64,000 bases of DNA from Clostridia bacterium (GTDB taxonomy: Bacteria; Bacillota; Clostridia; UMGS1883; UMGS1540). Where the stretch lies: assembly GCA_045590195.1 (NCBI GenBank), contig JAZNQN010000073.1, positions 1,098 through 65,097 on the forward strand, read 5' to 3'. The notes under the pieces were generated by a model, which made no database searches, was not told the DNA's origin, and worked only from the letters and a program-made list of their open reading frames with translations. A program made the position numbers and the translations under genes. Below, in pieces: positions 9,448 through 17,892 of the stretch; within the stretch, counting starts at the first letter, position 1, and each line of letters starts with the position of its first letter.

Positions 9448-10224
9448 TCATAATTTACAAAAACTGCATCCGCGGCAATTTTCAACTTTACCTTCAAAAA
9501 TTCGTTTTATAACCAGTATAAGCTCAGGAGTTTTTGAAAACTTTTCGTTGTGAATTATAATCTTTTCAGGTGCAGCCGCTGTAAGGCAGCTGAGAAGCAA
9601 ATCGTCAAAACTCAGCTGTGTTATTTTTTTGTTTTCAGTAACGCTTTTTATGCATTCTTCGGTTATGTCGCGAAAATTTTCATTAAAAATTGCATATCCG
9701 CCAGAAGGCCAAACCTGTAAATTTATAACCTTTACCGCTGAAGGAAGTGTTTCGATATATGCTTTCAAAAGTTCAATCAAATCGTTATATTCTCTTACGG
9801 CTTCAAGCTTTTCTTCGTATTTATCAAGCTGTTTTTTCATATATTTTTTATATTCCGAAAGCCTGAAATTTACAAAGCCCTCAACAGAAATTGAATTGGA
9901 ATTTTCAAGAAATGTGCCAACATCTTTAAAAACAAACTCTTCCCCGTTTTTTAAAACGGAGTTAAAATCGGAGCAGATTATTTTTTTCTCCTCTTCACTG
10001 AAGGCATATTCGCCCGAATTATAAAACTGCCTGTAAAGCTCGGGCCCGTATTTTTTTTGAATTATTGATGAAATTGCGTGGCAAAGGCTTTTTTTAAGGT
10101 CTTCAATTTCTTCGCTTTTGCAGTAAAAAGTAATCATTTCGTCGCCGGAAATTGTGTTTTCATATTTTTGGTCAATTTCTTTTAAAATATCTTTTGTGTT
10201 GCCAAATACTGAAATCTGATGCAA
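9448..10224 (-). CDS. Hypothetical protein, possibly YtxC-like sporulation protein
   Basis: 258 aa with a TTG start 6 nt after GGAGGTG. The central VEGFVNFRLSEYKKY...EYNDLIELLKAYIE reminds me of the YtxC family. This is from memory only. Confidence 0.35.
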   Translation of the reverse strand: MHQISVFGNTKDILKEIDQKYENTISGDEMITFYCKSEEIEDLKKSLCHAISSIIQKKYGPELYRQFYNSGEYAFSEEEKKIICSDFNSVLKNGEEFVFKDVGTFLENSNSISVEGFVNFRLSEYKKYMKKQLDKYEEKLEAVREYNDLIELLKAYIETLPSAVKVINLQVWPSGGYAIFNENFRDITEECIKSVTENKKITQLSFDDLLLSCLTAAAPEKIIIHNEKFSKTPELILVIKRIFEGKVENCRGCSFCKL

Positions 10225-10241
10225 CAGTACACCTCCGAAAA

Positions 10242-10973
10242 TCAGGCTATAATTATGGAGCCAACATCTTTCAAATCGTTTTCTCCGCTTTCTTTTAAAA
10301 CATAATTATACTTTTCCAAAAAACCACAAATTTTATCCTTTGAAGGATGATTTTTAAGGCTTCCGCAAACAAAAAACTCTTTTTTCGAAATTCTTCCCCC
10401 GCATCCGCCAAAAAAGCCATAGGAAAAACCCGGAAGCGAAACGCCCTGCCAGTCGATTAAAAGGCAGTCAATTCCTAAAGCGTCCATTGCTTTTTTTATG
10501 GAAGGGTCGGCAGTTATTGCCGCATTTTCTTCTACGGGTGCAACGGCGCATTTTGTGTAGCCCTGATTTACGTGTATAAGCTCTATTCCAAGGCTTTCAA
10601 AAAGCTTTTTTGCCTTTGGCGGAGTAAATTTCGTGTTGTGAAAGGCATATTTTCCCATCATCAGAATATTATATGCACAGTCATCCCCGTAAGTGCCGCC
10701 AATTTCAGCCTCGCCGCATATAACCTGCGCTCCCAAAGGCGTAAGCTTTTCGCTGTAATAATCAAAAACCTCCGGCGCACACAAAAAAATGCCGCGGCTT
10801 ATGTAGCAAATCTGAAGGTCGGCATGGCAGCGCATACTAACAGGCAAAGCGGGCACACATTTTGTTTTTATAAAATTTTTAAATCTGCCCCCAAGGGAAA
10901 CAGTTTCATCGCATATTAAAACTGTTCCGCCCTCGGGGAAATTTGGTTTTTGAAAATCTTTCATAAATTTCAC
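10242..10973 (-). CDS. Conserved hypothetical protein
   Basis: 243-aa ORF tightly packed between tsaD and the YtxC-like gene. No motif recognised. The start could instead be the ATG at 10964. Confidence 0.4.
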   Translation of the reverse strand: MKFMKDFQKPNFPEGGTVLICDETVSLGGRFKNFIKTKCVPALPVSMRCHADLQICYISRGIFLCAPEVFDYYSEKLTPLGAQVICGEAEIGGTYGDDCAYNILMMGKYAFHNTKFTPPKAKKLFESLGIELIHVNQGYTKCAVAPVEENAAITADPSIKKAMDALGIDCLLIDWQGVSLPGFSYGFFGGCGGRISKKEFFVCGSLKNHPSKDKICGFLEKYNYVLKESGENDLKDVGSIIIA

Positions 10974-11016
10974 TCTTTAATTTCAGGTGCATAAACTGAA
11001 AATATAGTTAACTATT

Positions 11017-12015
11017 TTATATAAGACGCAGGGTTGCAACTGCATTTTGCGAAAGCGGGGCAACCTTGCCGCTGATGAAATCGTAATATCCCGCACAGGA
11101 AATCATAGCCCCGTTATCGGTACAAAGCTGCGGTGGCGGAAGGAAAAACTGCATTCCCTCTCGCTCTGCCCTTTCGCTGAAGGCTTTTCTAAGTGCTTCA
11201 TTTGCCGCAACCCCGCCTGCAATGGCTATTTTTTTTGCGCCTTTTATTTTGGCAGCCTCAAAGGAAACCGAGCAAAGAACATCAACAATTGCCCTTTGGA
11301 AAGACGCCGCAACATCGGCTTTTGGCACTTCTCCTCCGCCCTGCTCAATTTTGTGAACATAATTTATAACTGCCGTTTTAACGCCGCTGAAGCTGAAATC
11401 CATTCCGTGAATTGGCCTTGGGAAGGCTATGGCGCTACTGTCGCCCTCTTTTGCAAGGGCACTAAGCAGCGGCCCGCCAGGATAGCCAAGCCCTAAAACT
11501 CTTGCAACTTTATCAAATGCTTCGCCTGCAGCATCATCGCAAGTGGCGCCAAGTATTTCAAACTCGCCATAATTTTTTACATACAAAACGTGGCTGTGAC
11601 CGCCCGATGCCACAAGGCACACAAACGGAGGCTCAAGCTCAGGCGAGGCAATATAATTGGCACTTATATGGCCGTGAATATGGTTTACAGGCACCAAAGG
11701 CTTTTTAGCCGCATAGGCAAAGCCCTTTGCCGCAGAAAGCCCCACAAGCAAAGCCCCGATAAGGCCAGGGCCGTATGTAACGGCAACGGCATCTAAATCG
11801 TTTTTGGTAACGTTTGCCTTTGAAAGCGCCTCCTCAATTACATAAGAAATAACCTCTATATGCTTTCGTGAAGCAATTTCAGGCACAACGCCGCCATAAA
11901 TTTTATGAAGCTGTGCCTGAGAATATATAACATCGCTTAAAACCTTTCTGCCGCCTAAGGTAACCGAAGCCGCAGTTTCATCGCAGGAAGATTCAATTCC
12001 AAGTACTAATTTCAC
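11017..12015 (-). CDS. tsaD: tRNA N6-adenosine threonylcarbamoyltransferase TsaD
   Basis: 332 aa. [19 protein letters not shown] and [10 protein letters not shown] are canonical Kae1/TsaD blocks. Confidence 0.95.
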   Translation of the reverse strand: MKLVLGIESSCDETAASVTLGGRKVLSDVIYSQAQLHKIYGGVVPEIASRKHIEVISYVIEEALSKANVTKNDLDAVAVTYGPGLIGALLVGLSAAKGFAYAAKKPLVPVNHIHGHISANYIASPELEPPFVCLVASGGHSHVLYVKNYGEFEILGATCDDAAGEAFDKVARVLGLGYPGGPLLSALAKEGDSSAIAFPRPIHGMDFSFSGVKTAVINYVHKIEQGGGEVPKADVAASFQRAIVDVLCSVSFEAAKIKGAKKIAIAGGVAANEALRKAFSERAEREGMQFFLPPPQLCTDNGAMISCAGYYDFISGKVAPLSQNAVATLRLI

Positions 12016-12122
12016 GTTTTTTCTCCTTTAAAACATTTTATTAAATCTATTGTATAAAGACTGTATAATTTAGATGCCAACCCTTTAGGATAGTAGTTCA
12101 TATCAAGTTAGAACTAAAAAAA

Positions 12123-12449
12123 TTAAACAGACATAGCCATATTAAATAACAACCACGCCAAGGGGATTGTTAGTATAAACAAAATTATATACACTACATT
12201 ATTCCTTGTACTCATATCTTTTTCTTTCTTATAAAAAATCGAAATAATATTTAAAACAAATCCTAGTATACCTGATATTGCCAAACCACCCCAAAAAGCA
12301 TATGTAGTTAATAACATTGTAAATCTTACCAGAAATTCAGGCATATAATATGCTCTTCCGGGCGGAAGGAAAAAGCACAATACACTAACAACATTTAAAA
12401 TAATAACAGAAAATGAAATAACATCTAAAATAAAATGTTTCTTTTTCAT
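12123..12449 (-). CDS. Small membrane protein
   Basis: I moved the start to MKKKHFILDV because it follows an AAAGGAG RBS. Three hydrophobic helices. No family recognised. Confidence 0.4.
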   Translation of the reverse strand: MKKKHFILDVISFSVIILNVVSVLCFFLPPGRAYYMPEFLVRFTMLLTTYAFWGGLAISGILGFVLNIISIFYKKEKDMSTRNNVVYIILFILTIPLAWLLFNMAMSV

Positions 12450-12525
12450 CCTATTTACTCCTTTCAGCAAAATTCGACAATCTTACTATGATTTTGTCAA
12501 GTCAGGGACAAAAAAATATGTCGAT

Positions 12526-12689
12526 ATGTAAACTTCGTTTACCGGATATTTTTACTATTCGCAAAATCGATATGTTTTCTCTTCGTTCAAACTCGATATG
12601 ATATGAATTCTCGTTGCCGCAAGGCAACATATCGAGTCGTTTATGACATATCGAGAATTCGCAAGAATTCATATCGATGAAATCATTAT
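12526..12689. repeat. Array of six TCGATATG / CATATCGA octamers (3 forward, 3 reverse) with two GCAA-looped hairpins
   Basis: Forward copies at 12531, 12577 and 12603. Reverse copies at 12638, 12657 and 12680. Hairpins are TTGCC-GCAA-GGCAA (12624-12637) and GAATTC-GCAA-GAATTC (12665-12680). Confidence 0.7.
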
Positions 12690-12758
12690 ATCACACTTTT
12701 TCCAACATTTCTACATTTATTTTGCAAATTAATGGGAATATTTAAGGTATAGAAAAAC

Positions 12759-12787
12759 TTGACTATTTTGGCGGAATATAGTATTAT
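12759..12787 (+). promoter_or_regulatory. Sigma-A type promoter for the murJ-like operon
   Basis: TTGACT, 17-nt spacer, TATTAT, about 33 nt upstream of the GTG start. Confidence 0.45.
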
Positions 12788-12820
12788 ATTTTATATATAC
12801 CTTGAAAGGAGTGACGAGGC

Positions 12821-14284
12821 GTGAATACAGGCGCATATATTTTAGTTGTGTTTGGCATACTTTTGGCAAAAGCACTTGGCTTTTTAAGAGATATTGTTTT
12901 CGCATCGTCATTTGGTGCTTCTCAGCTTACTGATATTTATTTTCAGATTTTCGGCGTTACAAGCCTTATTTTTACAGGCATTGGAAGCGCGCTTTCAACC
13001 CTTGTTATTAAAAATTTAAACAAGGCAGATATCTCTTCCCCAAAAGAGCAGAAAGAATATGTTTCCTATTTTATTTCAAAGGTTTCGCTTATTCTTGTTG
13101 CAGTTTTGGCAGTTGTTTTTGTTTTCTCTGAAAGCGCAGTTAAACTACTTTTACCGGGGCTTGACCCCTCGCTTTACCAAACTGCCGTTTCTATTATGCG
13201 CATTATGCTTCCAAGCTGTCTTTTCGTTGTTGTGGCTTACATTATTTCGGGCGTTTTGCAAAACAGCAAGGTGTTTTTTGTAACCTCGATAATGAGCCTT
13301 CCGTATAATGTTTTAATTATTTTCGCGCTTATTTTTAAAGAAATTGATATTTTTGCCGTAAGTATTATTACAACCGTTGGCTGGTTTTTGCATATTGTAA
13401 TTTTGCTTCCCTCTTTTTACAAAAAGGGATACCGCCTTTTTGGCAGCTTAAAGCTTAAACCGGGCGGCAAAAACCACGAGGTTTTATATATTTTTATCGG
13501 CAGTATGATGTTTCAGCTTTGTTTTACAATTGACAAAGCGGCCTTAAGCCACCACGGCGGAATGGCATCAACTGTAAATTACGCATCGAACCTTTTCATA
13601 ACAATTTCAAGCGTTTTTGTTGTGGCAATGAGCAACGTTTCATACCCTTCAATATGCCGCCACTACGAAAGCGGAAACGGCGATTTTGTAAGAAAGTTTC
13701 TGGGCTACATTATAACTCTGCTTTTTGCAATTTTTGTGCCGTTTATTCTGGTTGCCAACCTTTTCGGGAAGGACATTATTTCTCTTTTATATGAAAGAGG
13801 CGAATTTGGCAGCGAGCTTACAAGCATAACCTCTTCCCTTTTTGCCATTTATACTTTCGGCATTTTCGGCTATGTTTGCCAGGAGCTTTTCAACAAAATT
13901 TTATACCTTGGCTCTAAATATTTTTACCCCGTTTTTGGAACTGTGGCAGTTGTTTTGTTAAAGCTTATTATAAATATTTTCGCTCCTTCATTCGGGGCAG
14001 AAGCAGTTGCCGTATCAACAACTGCGCTTTTCACGCTTTATGCAGTTGGAGTTTCTATTATAATGGCAAAGGTTGTTGGAAACTATTTTTCAAAAACTCT
14101 TCTCCAGAATATTTTAAAAATACTTTTATCGGCACTTTGTGCATTTTTGGTTTATTTAATTCCACTTAATTTGCACTTTATTATACGCCTTGTAATTTGC
14201 GGCGCAGTTTATATTGCGGCACTTACTTTAAGCGGATGCACAAAATATATTATTACGAATACCGGGGAGGTAAATAAAAAGTGA
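12821..14284 (+). CDS. murJ: MurJ/MviN-family (MOP superfamily) lipid-linked glycan flippase
   Basis: 487 aa with about 14 TM helices. N-terminal LGFLRDIVFASSFGAS...D is typical of MurJ. GTG start after AAAGGAG. Confidence 0.7.
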   Translation: MNTGAYILVVFGILLAKALGFLRDIVFASSFGASQLTDIYFQIFGVTSLIFTGIGSALSTLVIKNLNKADISSPKEQKEYVSYFISKVSLILVAVLAVVFVFSESAVKLLLPGLDPSLYQTAVSIMRIMLPSCLFVVVAYIISGVLQNSKVFFVTSIMSLPYNVLIIFALIFKEIDIFAVSIITTVGWFLHIVILLPSFYKKGYRLFGSLKLKPGGKNHEVLYIFIGSMMFQLCFTIDKAALSHHGGMASTVNYASNLFITISSVFVVAMSNVSYPSICRHYESGNGDFVRKFLGYIITLLFAIFVPFILVANLFGKDIISLLYERGEFGSELTSITSSLFAIYTFGIFGYVCQELFNKILYLGSKYFYPVFGTVAVVLLKLIINIFAPSFGAEAVAVSTTALFTLYAVGVSIIMAKVVGNYFSKTLLQNILKILLSALCAFLVYLIPLNLHFIIRLVICGAVYIAALTLSGCTKYIITNTGEVNKK

Positions 14285-15834
14285 AAAAACAGTTTACCTT
14301 CCTTTTTATTTTATTTTTAGTTTTTACGCTTTTGTTTTCCGCTCCTCAGTTTGCAAAAAGGCTTAAGTTTGAAAGCGGACACAAAATTTATTCGGTAGCT
14401 CTTGACATTGAAGATATAAATGGCGATACTTCTCTTTTAAAAGGCTACATAGAAAGCGGAGTTTCAATTGGCGTTGTGCGTGAAGATAATATTTCACTTT
14501 TAAAAGATACGCCCCTTACCGCTGCCATTATGATTTATCCCGAAGGAAAAAAGGGCGAAAATTACGCCCAAAACCTTGAAAAGGCCGTAAAAGATTATGG
14601 CGTGAAGTATTTTCTTTTAAAGGATATTCCGGCGGAAAGTAGCGCTTATTATACCGATGAAATATGCCGCATAATTGCAGAAAATAATATTACCCTTGTT
14701 TTGTGCGAAAATTTATCTCAGCTTTCAAACGAAATGCCTGAAGGATATGAGAAAATTTTAAAAAGCTGCGGCGGAAGGGTTTTAAGATGCTACGAAACGC
14801 TTGAAAAAAGCTACTCGAAAAATCCCGAATACCCTTCAATTTACTACCAGATGCAAAACTCTTTAATTGACAGAAATACCGAGTTTTTGCTTGTAAATCA
14901 GCTGACCGACGGCAAAAGCTTTTCAGAAAATGCTCTTCGCACACAAAAAAATATTGCCTTCTTTACAAAAAGGGCCGAAAGCCTTGGATATATTAAAGAC
15001 GGCACTCCCAATTTATCGGGCTACACCATTTCAAAATTGCCATTTGCGGCTATGGCGGCAATTTCGGTTATAATGCTTTTTGTATTATTTATGCTTTTCA
15101 GCGGCAAAAAAATAAACCCTTATTTTTATATTTTAATTGCGGCGGCATTTGGTATTACCTTTATTTTGCCAAAAAGCCTTTCAGGGCTTTACCCCACCGC
15201 TTTTTCAGCGCTTATGCCATGTTTCTCGTTTGCGCTTTGCCTTAAATTGCCGCAAAAATTTTGCTTTCTCATAGCGGCAATATCGCTTTCAGTTGGCAAT
15301 TTGATTTTATCTTCCGTTTTAAGCGGAGCAGATTATTATATGAATAATCTTATTTTCCGCGGCGTTATAGTAACCCTTGTAGTTCCCGTTTTGTTTGCGG
15401 CGGCAGTTTATTTTTACGAAAAAAGGCCCTGCCTTAAAAACATAAAGGCAAAGCACATATTTTTTGCAGTTTTAATTTTGGCCGCAGGCGCCGTTTATCT
15501 ACTGAGAAGCGGCAACTCATCAATTTCTGAATTTGAGCGTATTTTACGCGACAAAATTGTTGACATTACCGCCGCCCGACCAAGAACAAAAGAATTTTTA
15601 ATTGGCTGGCCATGCCTTATGCTTTTTATGTTTAAAAGCAGAAAAAGCGGCATTTTAAGCTTTGTTTCTTATATTGGAAGTGCGCTTTTGTTTGCATCGG
15701 TTACAAACAGCTTTTGCCATGTTTTTACCGACGCGGCAATTATCTATCAGCGCAGTTTAAACGGATTTTTATTCTCAGTTCCAATTCTTTTTATAATTTA
15801 TTTAATATGCAAAAAAAGAGAGAAATCAGTTTGA
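14281..15834 (+). CDS. DUF5693-like protein (N-terminal soluble domain plus polytopic membrane domain)
   Basis: 517 aa. The GTG start overlaps the murJ stop (GTGA), which implies translational coupling. RBS is GGGGAGG. The family assignment is from memory. Confidence 0.45.
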   Translation: MKKQFTFLFILFLVFTLLFSAPQFAKRLKFESGHKIYSVALDIEDINGDTSLLKGYIESGVSIGVVREDNISLLKDTPLTAAIMIYPEGKKGENYAQNLEKAVKDYGVKYFLLKDIPAESSAYYTDEICRIIAENNITLVLCENLSQLSNEMPEGYEKILKSCGGRVLRCYETLEKSYSKNPEYPSIYYQMQNSLIDRNTEFLLVNQLTDGKSFSENALRTQKNIAFFTKRAESLGYIKDGTPNLSGYTISKLPFAAMAAISVIMLFVLFMLFSGKKINPYFYILIAAAFGITFILPKSLSGLYPTAFSALMPCFSFALCLKLPQKFCFLIAAISLSVGNLILSSVLSGADYYMNNLIFRGVIVTLVVPVLFAAAVYFYEKRPCLKNIKAKHIFFAVLILAAGAVYLLRSGNSSISEFERILRDKIVDITAARPRTKEFLIGWPCLMLFMFKSRKSGILSFVSYIGSALLFASVTNSFCHVFTDAAIIYQRSLNGFLFSVPILFIIYLICKKREKSV

Positions 15835-17262
15835 TTTCTCTCTTTCTAATTTAACTGCACATAAAAGTATCCCAAGCACTATAAAAAATGTAAACATAAC
15901 TCTCGGGTAAAACCAGATATATTCCGTTGCGGCTGAAAAGCTTATTCCTGCAAATGAGCTTATGGCCGCTATTATTATGCACCTTAAATTTTTATCAGCC
16001 TTATTAAACGCCGAAAAACCTTTTTTAAGTGACGAAAGCATAAAAGCGAAAAACGCCGCGGCGCCAACAATTCCAAGCTCGGCAAAAATTTGCGTGTAAA
16101 GCATATGGCTGTGAGCCGGGTTTTGCGCAAAGCGATGAGCATAAGGCACATAGGCTATTCTGAAAGCCTCGCTTCCAAGGCCTACGCCGCAAAGCCAATT
16201 ATCACGCAATAGCGCCCCTGTGCTTTCCCAAAGAAAAATGCGGTATGCACTTGAAGTATCAGAGCCTATTGTTAAAACCCTGTTTACAACGCTTGGGGGC
16301 AAAAACGGAATACAAATAATTCCAAAAACTGCAAGGGGCAAAAGCCATTTCCAGTTATAAAGGGCAATAAATACAATAACCGATATTGCAAAAGAAACGT
16401 AGCAGCCCCTTGTATAAGTAAGCATAAGGGCCAAAATACAAACTGCCGCCACCACCAAAAGCACGGCCTTTTTCCATATTTCTCCGCTTTGCAGAAACAA
16501 GGCCATTGCAAATGGCAAAATTAAAACAATTATTTCGGCAAAGTTATTGGGGTTTTCAACTGTTGAAAAAACTCTGCCTGCCATCCCCTTATTATTTACC
16601 ACATCGGTTAAAAGCTCGTCAACCGAAACGCCTCTGGCATTTTGAACTATGGCATAAATGCTCATAAAAAACAGGGCAATTACCAGCGTCCAAACAAGGT
16701 TTAAAAGAGCTTTTTCGCTATTTATTCCGCTTTCGGCACTTCGCATAAACATAAAAGATGCCACAATAAACAGAAACATTTTAAACCCGTCGCCTTTATC
16801 GGGGGTTATAAAAATTCCGCCGATTGCGCTTATAAGAAAAAGCACGGCGTAAAGCGAAACTCTTTTAAAAGAATAACCCTCATCAGAAAAAAGGAGTGCC
16901 AAAAACAATATAAACGAGAGCAAAACGCCGTAAATATTATTCCAATATTCATGGGGCACCAAAAGCATTACAAAGGATATTACGGGAAAAAGATACTTCA
17001 CTTCAAAAAAGCGGCCAAAATATGAGCTTTTTACAAGATTTACAAATGCACTTTCCCTGCAAAGGCGGGAAAAGTTACCTGTTGTTTTTTCCTTTAAAGC
17101 ATAAAAAGCCGAATTTTTACACTTCTCCCCTGAAAACGAAGGCCTCATTACAAAAGAATAAATTCCGCCTTTTTTAAAGGCATTTCCAAGGAGCGTGGCC
17201 ATACTGAGTATTTTATTGTAAAAGAGCGAATTTTTTATATGTGCAATAATTTTTGAAAGCAC
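15826..17262 (-). CDS. O-antigen ligase / Wzy_C family membrane protein
   Basis: 478 aa, polytopic. The loop YTRGCYVSFAISV...GSEAFRIAY...HSHMLYTQIFAELG is typical of the Wzy_C domain. GTG start after AAGGGGGA. Confidence 0.7.
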   Translation of the reverse strand: MLSKIIAHIKNSLFYNKILSMATLLGNAFKKGGIYSFVMRPSFSGEKCKNSAFYALKEKTTGNFSRLCRESAFVNLVKSSYFGRFFEVKYLFPVISFVMLLVPHEYWNNIYGVLLSFILFLALLFSDEGYSFKRVSLYAVLFLISAIGGIFITPDKGDGFKMFLFIVASFMFMRSAESGINSEKALLNLVWTLVIALFFMSIYAIVQNARGVSVDELLTDVVNNKGMAGRVFSTVENPNNFAEIIVLILPFAMALFLQSGEIWKKAVLLVVAAVCILALMLTYTRGCYVSFAISVIVFIALYNWKWLLPLAVFGIICIPFLPPSVVNRVLTIGSDTSSAYRIFLWESTGALLRDNWLCGVGLGSEAFRIAYVPYAHRFAQNPAHSHMLYTQIFAELGIVGAAAFFAFMLSSLKKGFSAFNKADKNLRCIIIAAISSFAGISFSAATEYIWFYPRVMFTFFIVLGILLCAVKLEREKSN

Positions 17263-17273
17263 ACTATTCCCCC

Positions 17274-17741
17274 TTATTTAAGTTTAATTTCTGAAACTTT
17301 TCCAACCATTTTTGCATTTCCTGCATAAAGAGTTACGCTATGGCCAACGGCGTATTTAATACTGTCGGCTATAATTCCGTGTTCAAATTCTGTTGCCTCA
17401 ACATAGCTTGTAATTAAAACGCTTTTGTAGCCTTCTTTTGCCGATTTAACTATGTTCCCCTCTGCATCGGCGCTGTAAACCGCCGCATCGCCTACTTCAA
17501 CTGCAGTTATTGTTCCAAGAAAAACTTTTTTTGTTTCATCTTCCACGCTGTCGCCAACCTTTACTATATCGGCCGCAAAGGCGGGAACTTCTTCGCAGTA
17601 AAAGCTTACCGAATATGTTTCAGGCTCGGCAGCTGCATTATCGCTTTTGCCAAAAAACTTAATTCCTACAAAAGCCACAACTGCCAGAATTACCAGAAGA
17701 ATAATTGCATCAACAATGTTAAATTTAATTTTTTTATCCAA
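17274..17741 (-). CDS. DUF4330-like single-pass membrane protein
   Basis: 155 aa with a TTG start and an N-terminal anchor (FNIVDAIILLVILAVVAFVGI). It lies immediately upstream of the ligase gene. Confidence 0.45.
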   Translation of the reverse strand: MDKKIKFNIVDAIILLVILAVVAFVGIKFFGKSDNAAAEPETYSVSFYCEEVPAFAADIVKVGDSVEDETKKVFLGTITAVEVGDAAVYSADAEGNIVKSAKEGYKSVLITSYVEATEFEHGIIADSIKYAVGHSVTLYAGNAKMVGKVSEIKLK

Positions 17742-17833
17742 AACAATTGCCTCGCTTTCTTTTCTTGTTTTCTAAATTATAACATTTGCAAAGGCTTTAG
17801 TCAATATTTTATCGTTTAAATAAATTAAAAGCG

Positions 17834-17862
17834 ATTGACAAAAAAAGCCCCTTATTCTATAA
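17834..17862 (+). promoter_or_regulatory. Sigma-A type promoter for the GH20 gene
   Basis: TTGACA, 17-nt spacer, TATAAT (both hexamers consensus), about 30 nt upstream of the RBS AAAGGAG. Confidence 0.55.
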
Positions 17863-17892
17863 TTTAGGTAGTATTTTTTAAAGGAGAATATT

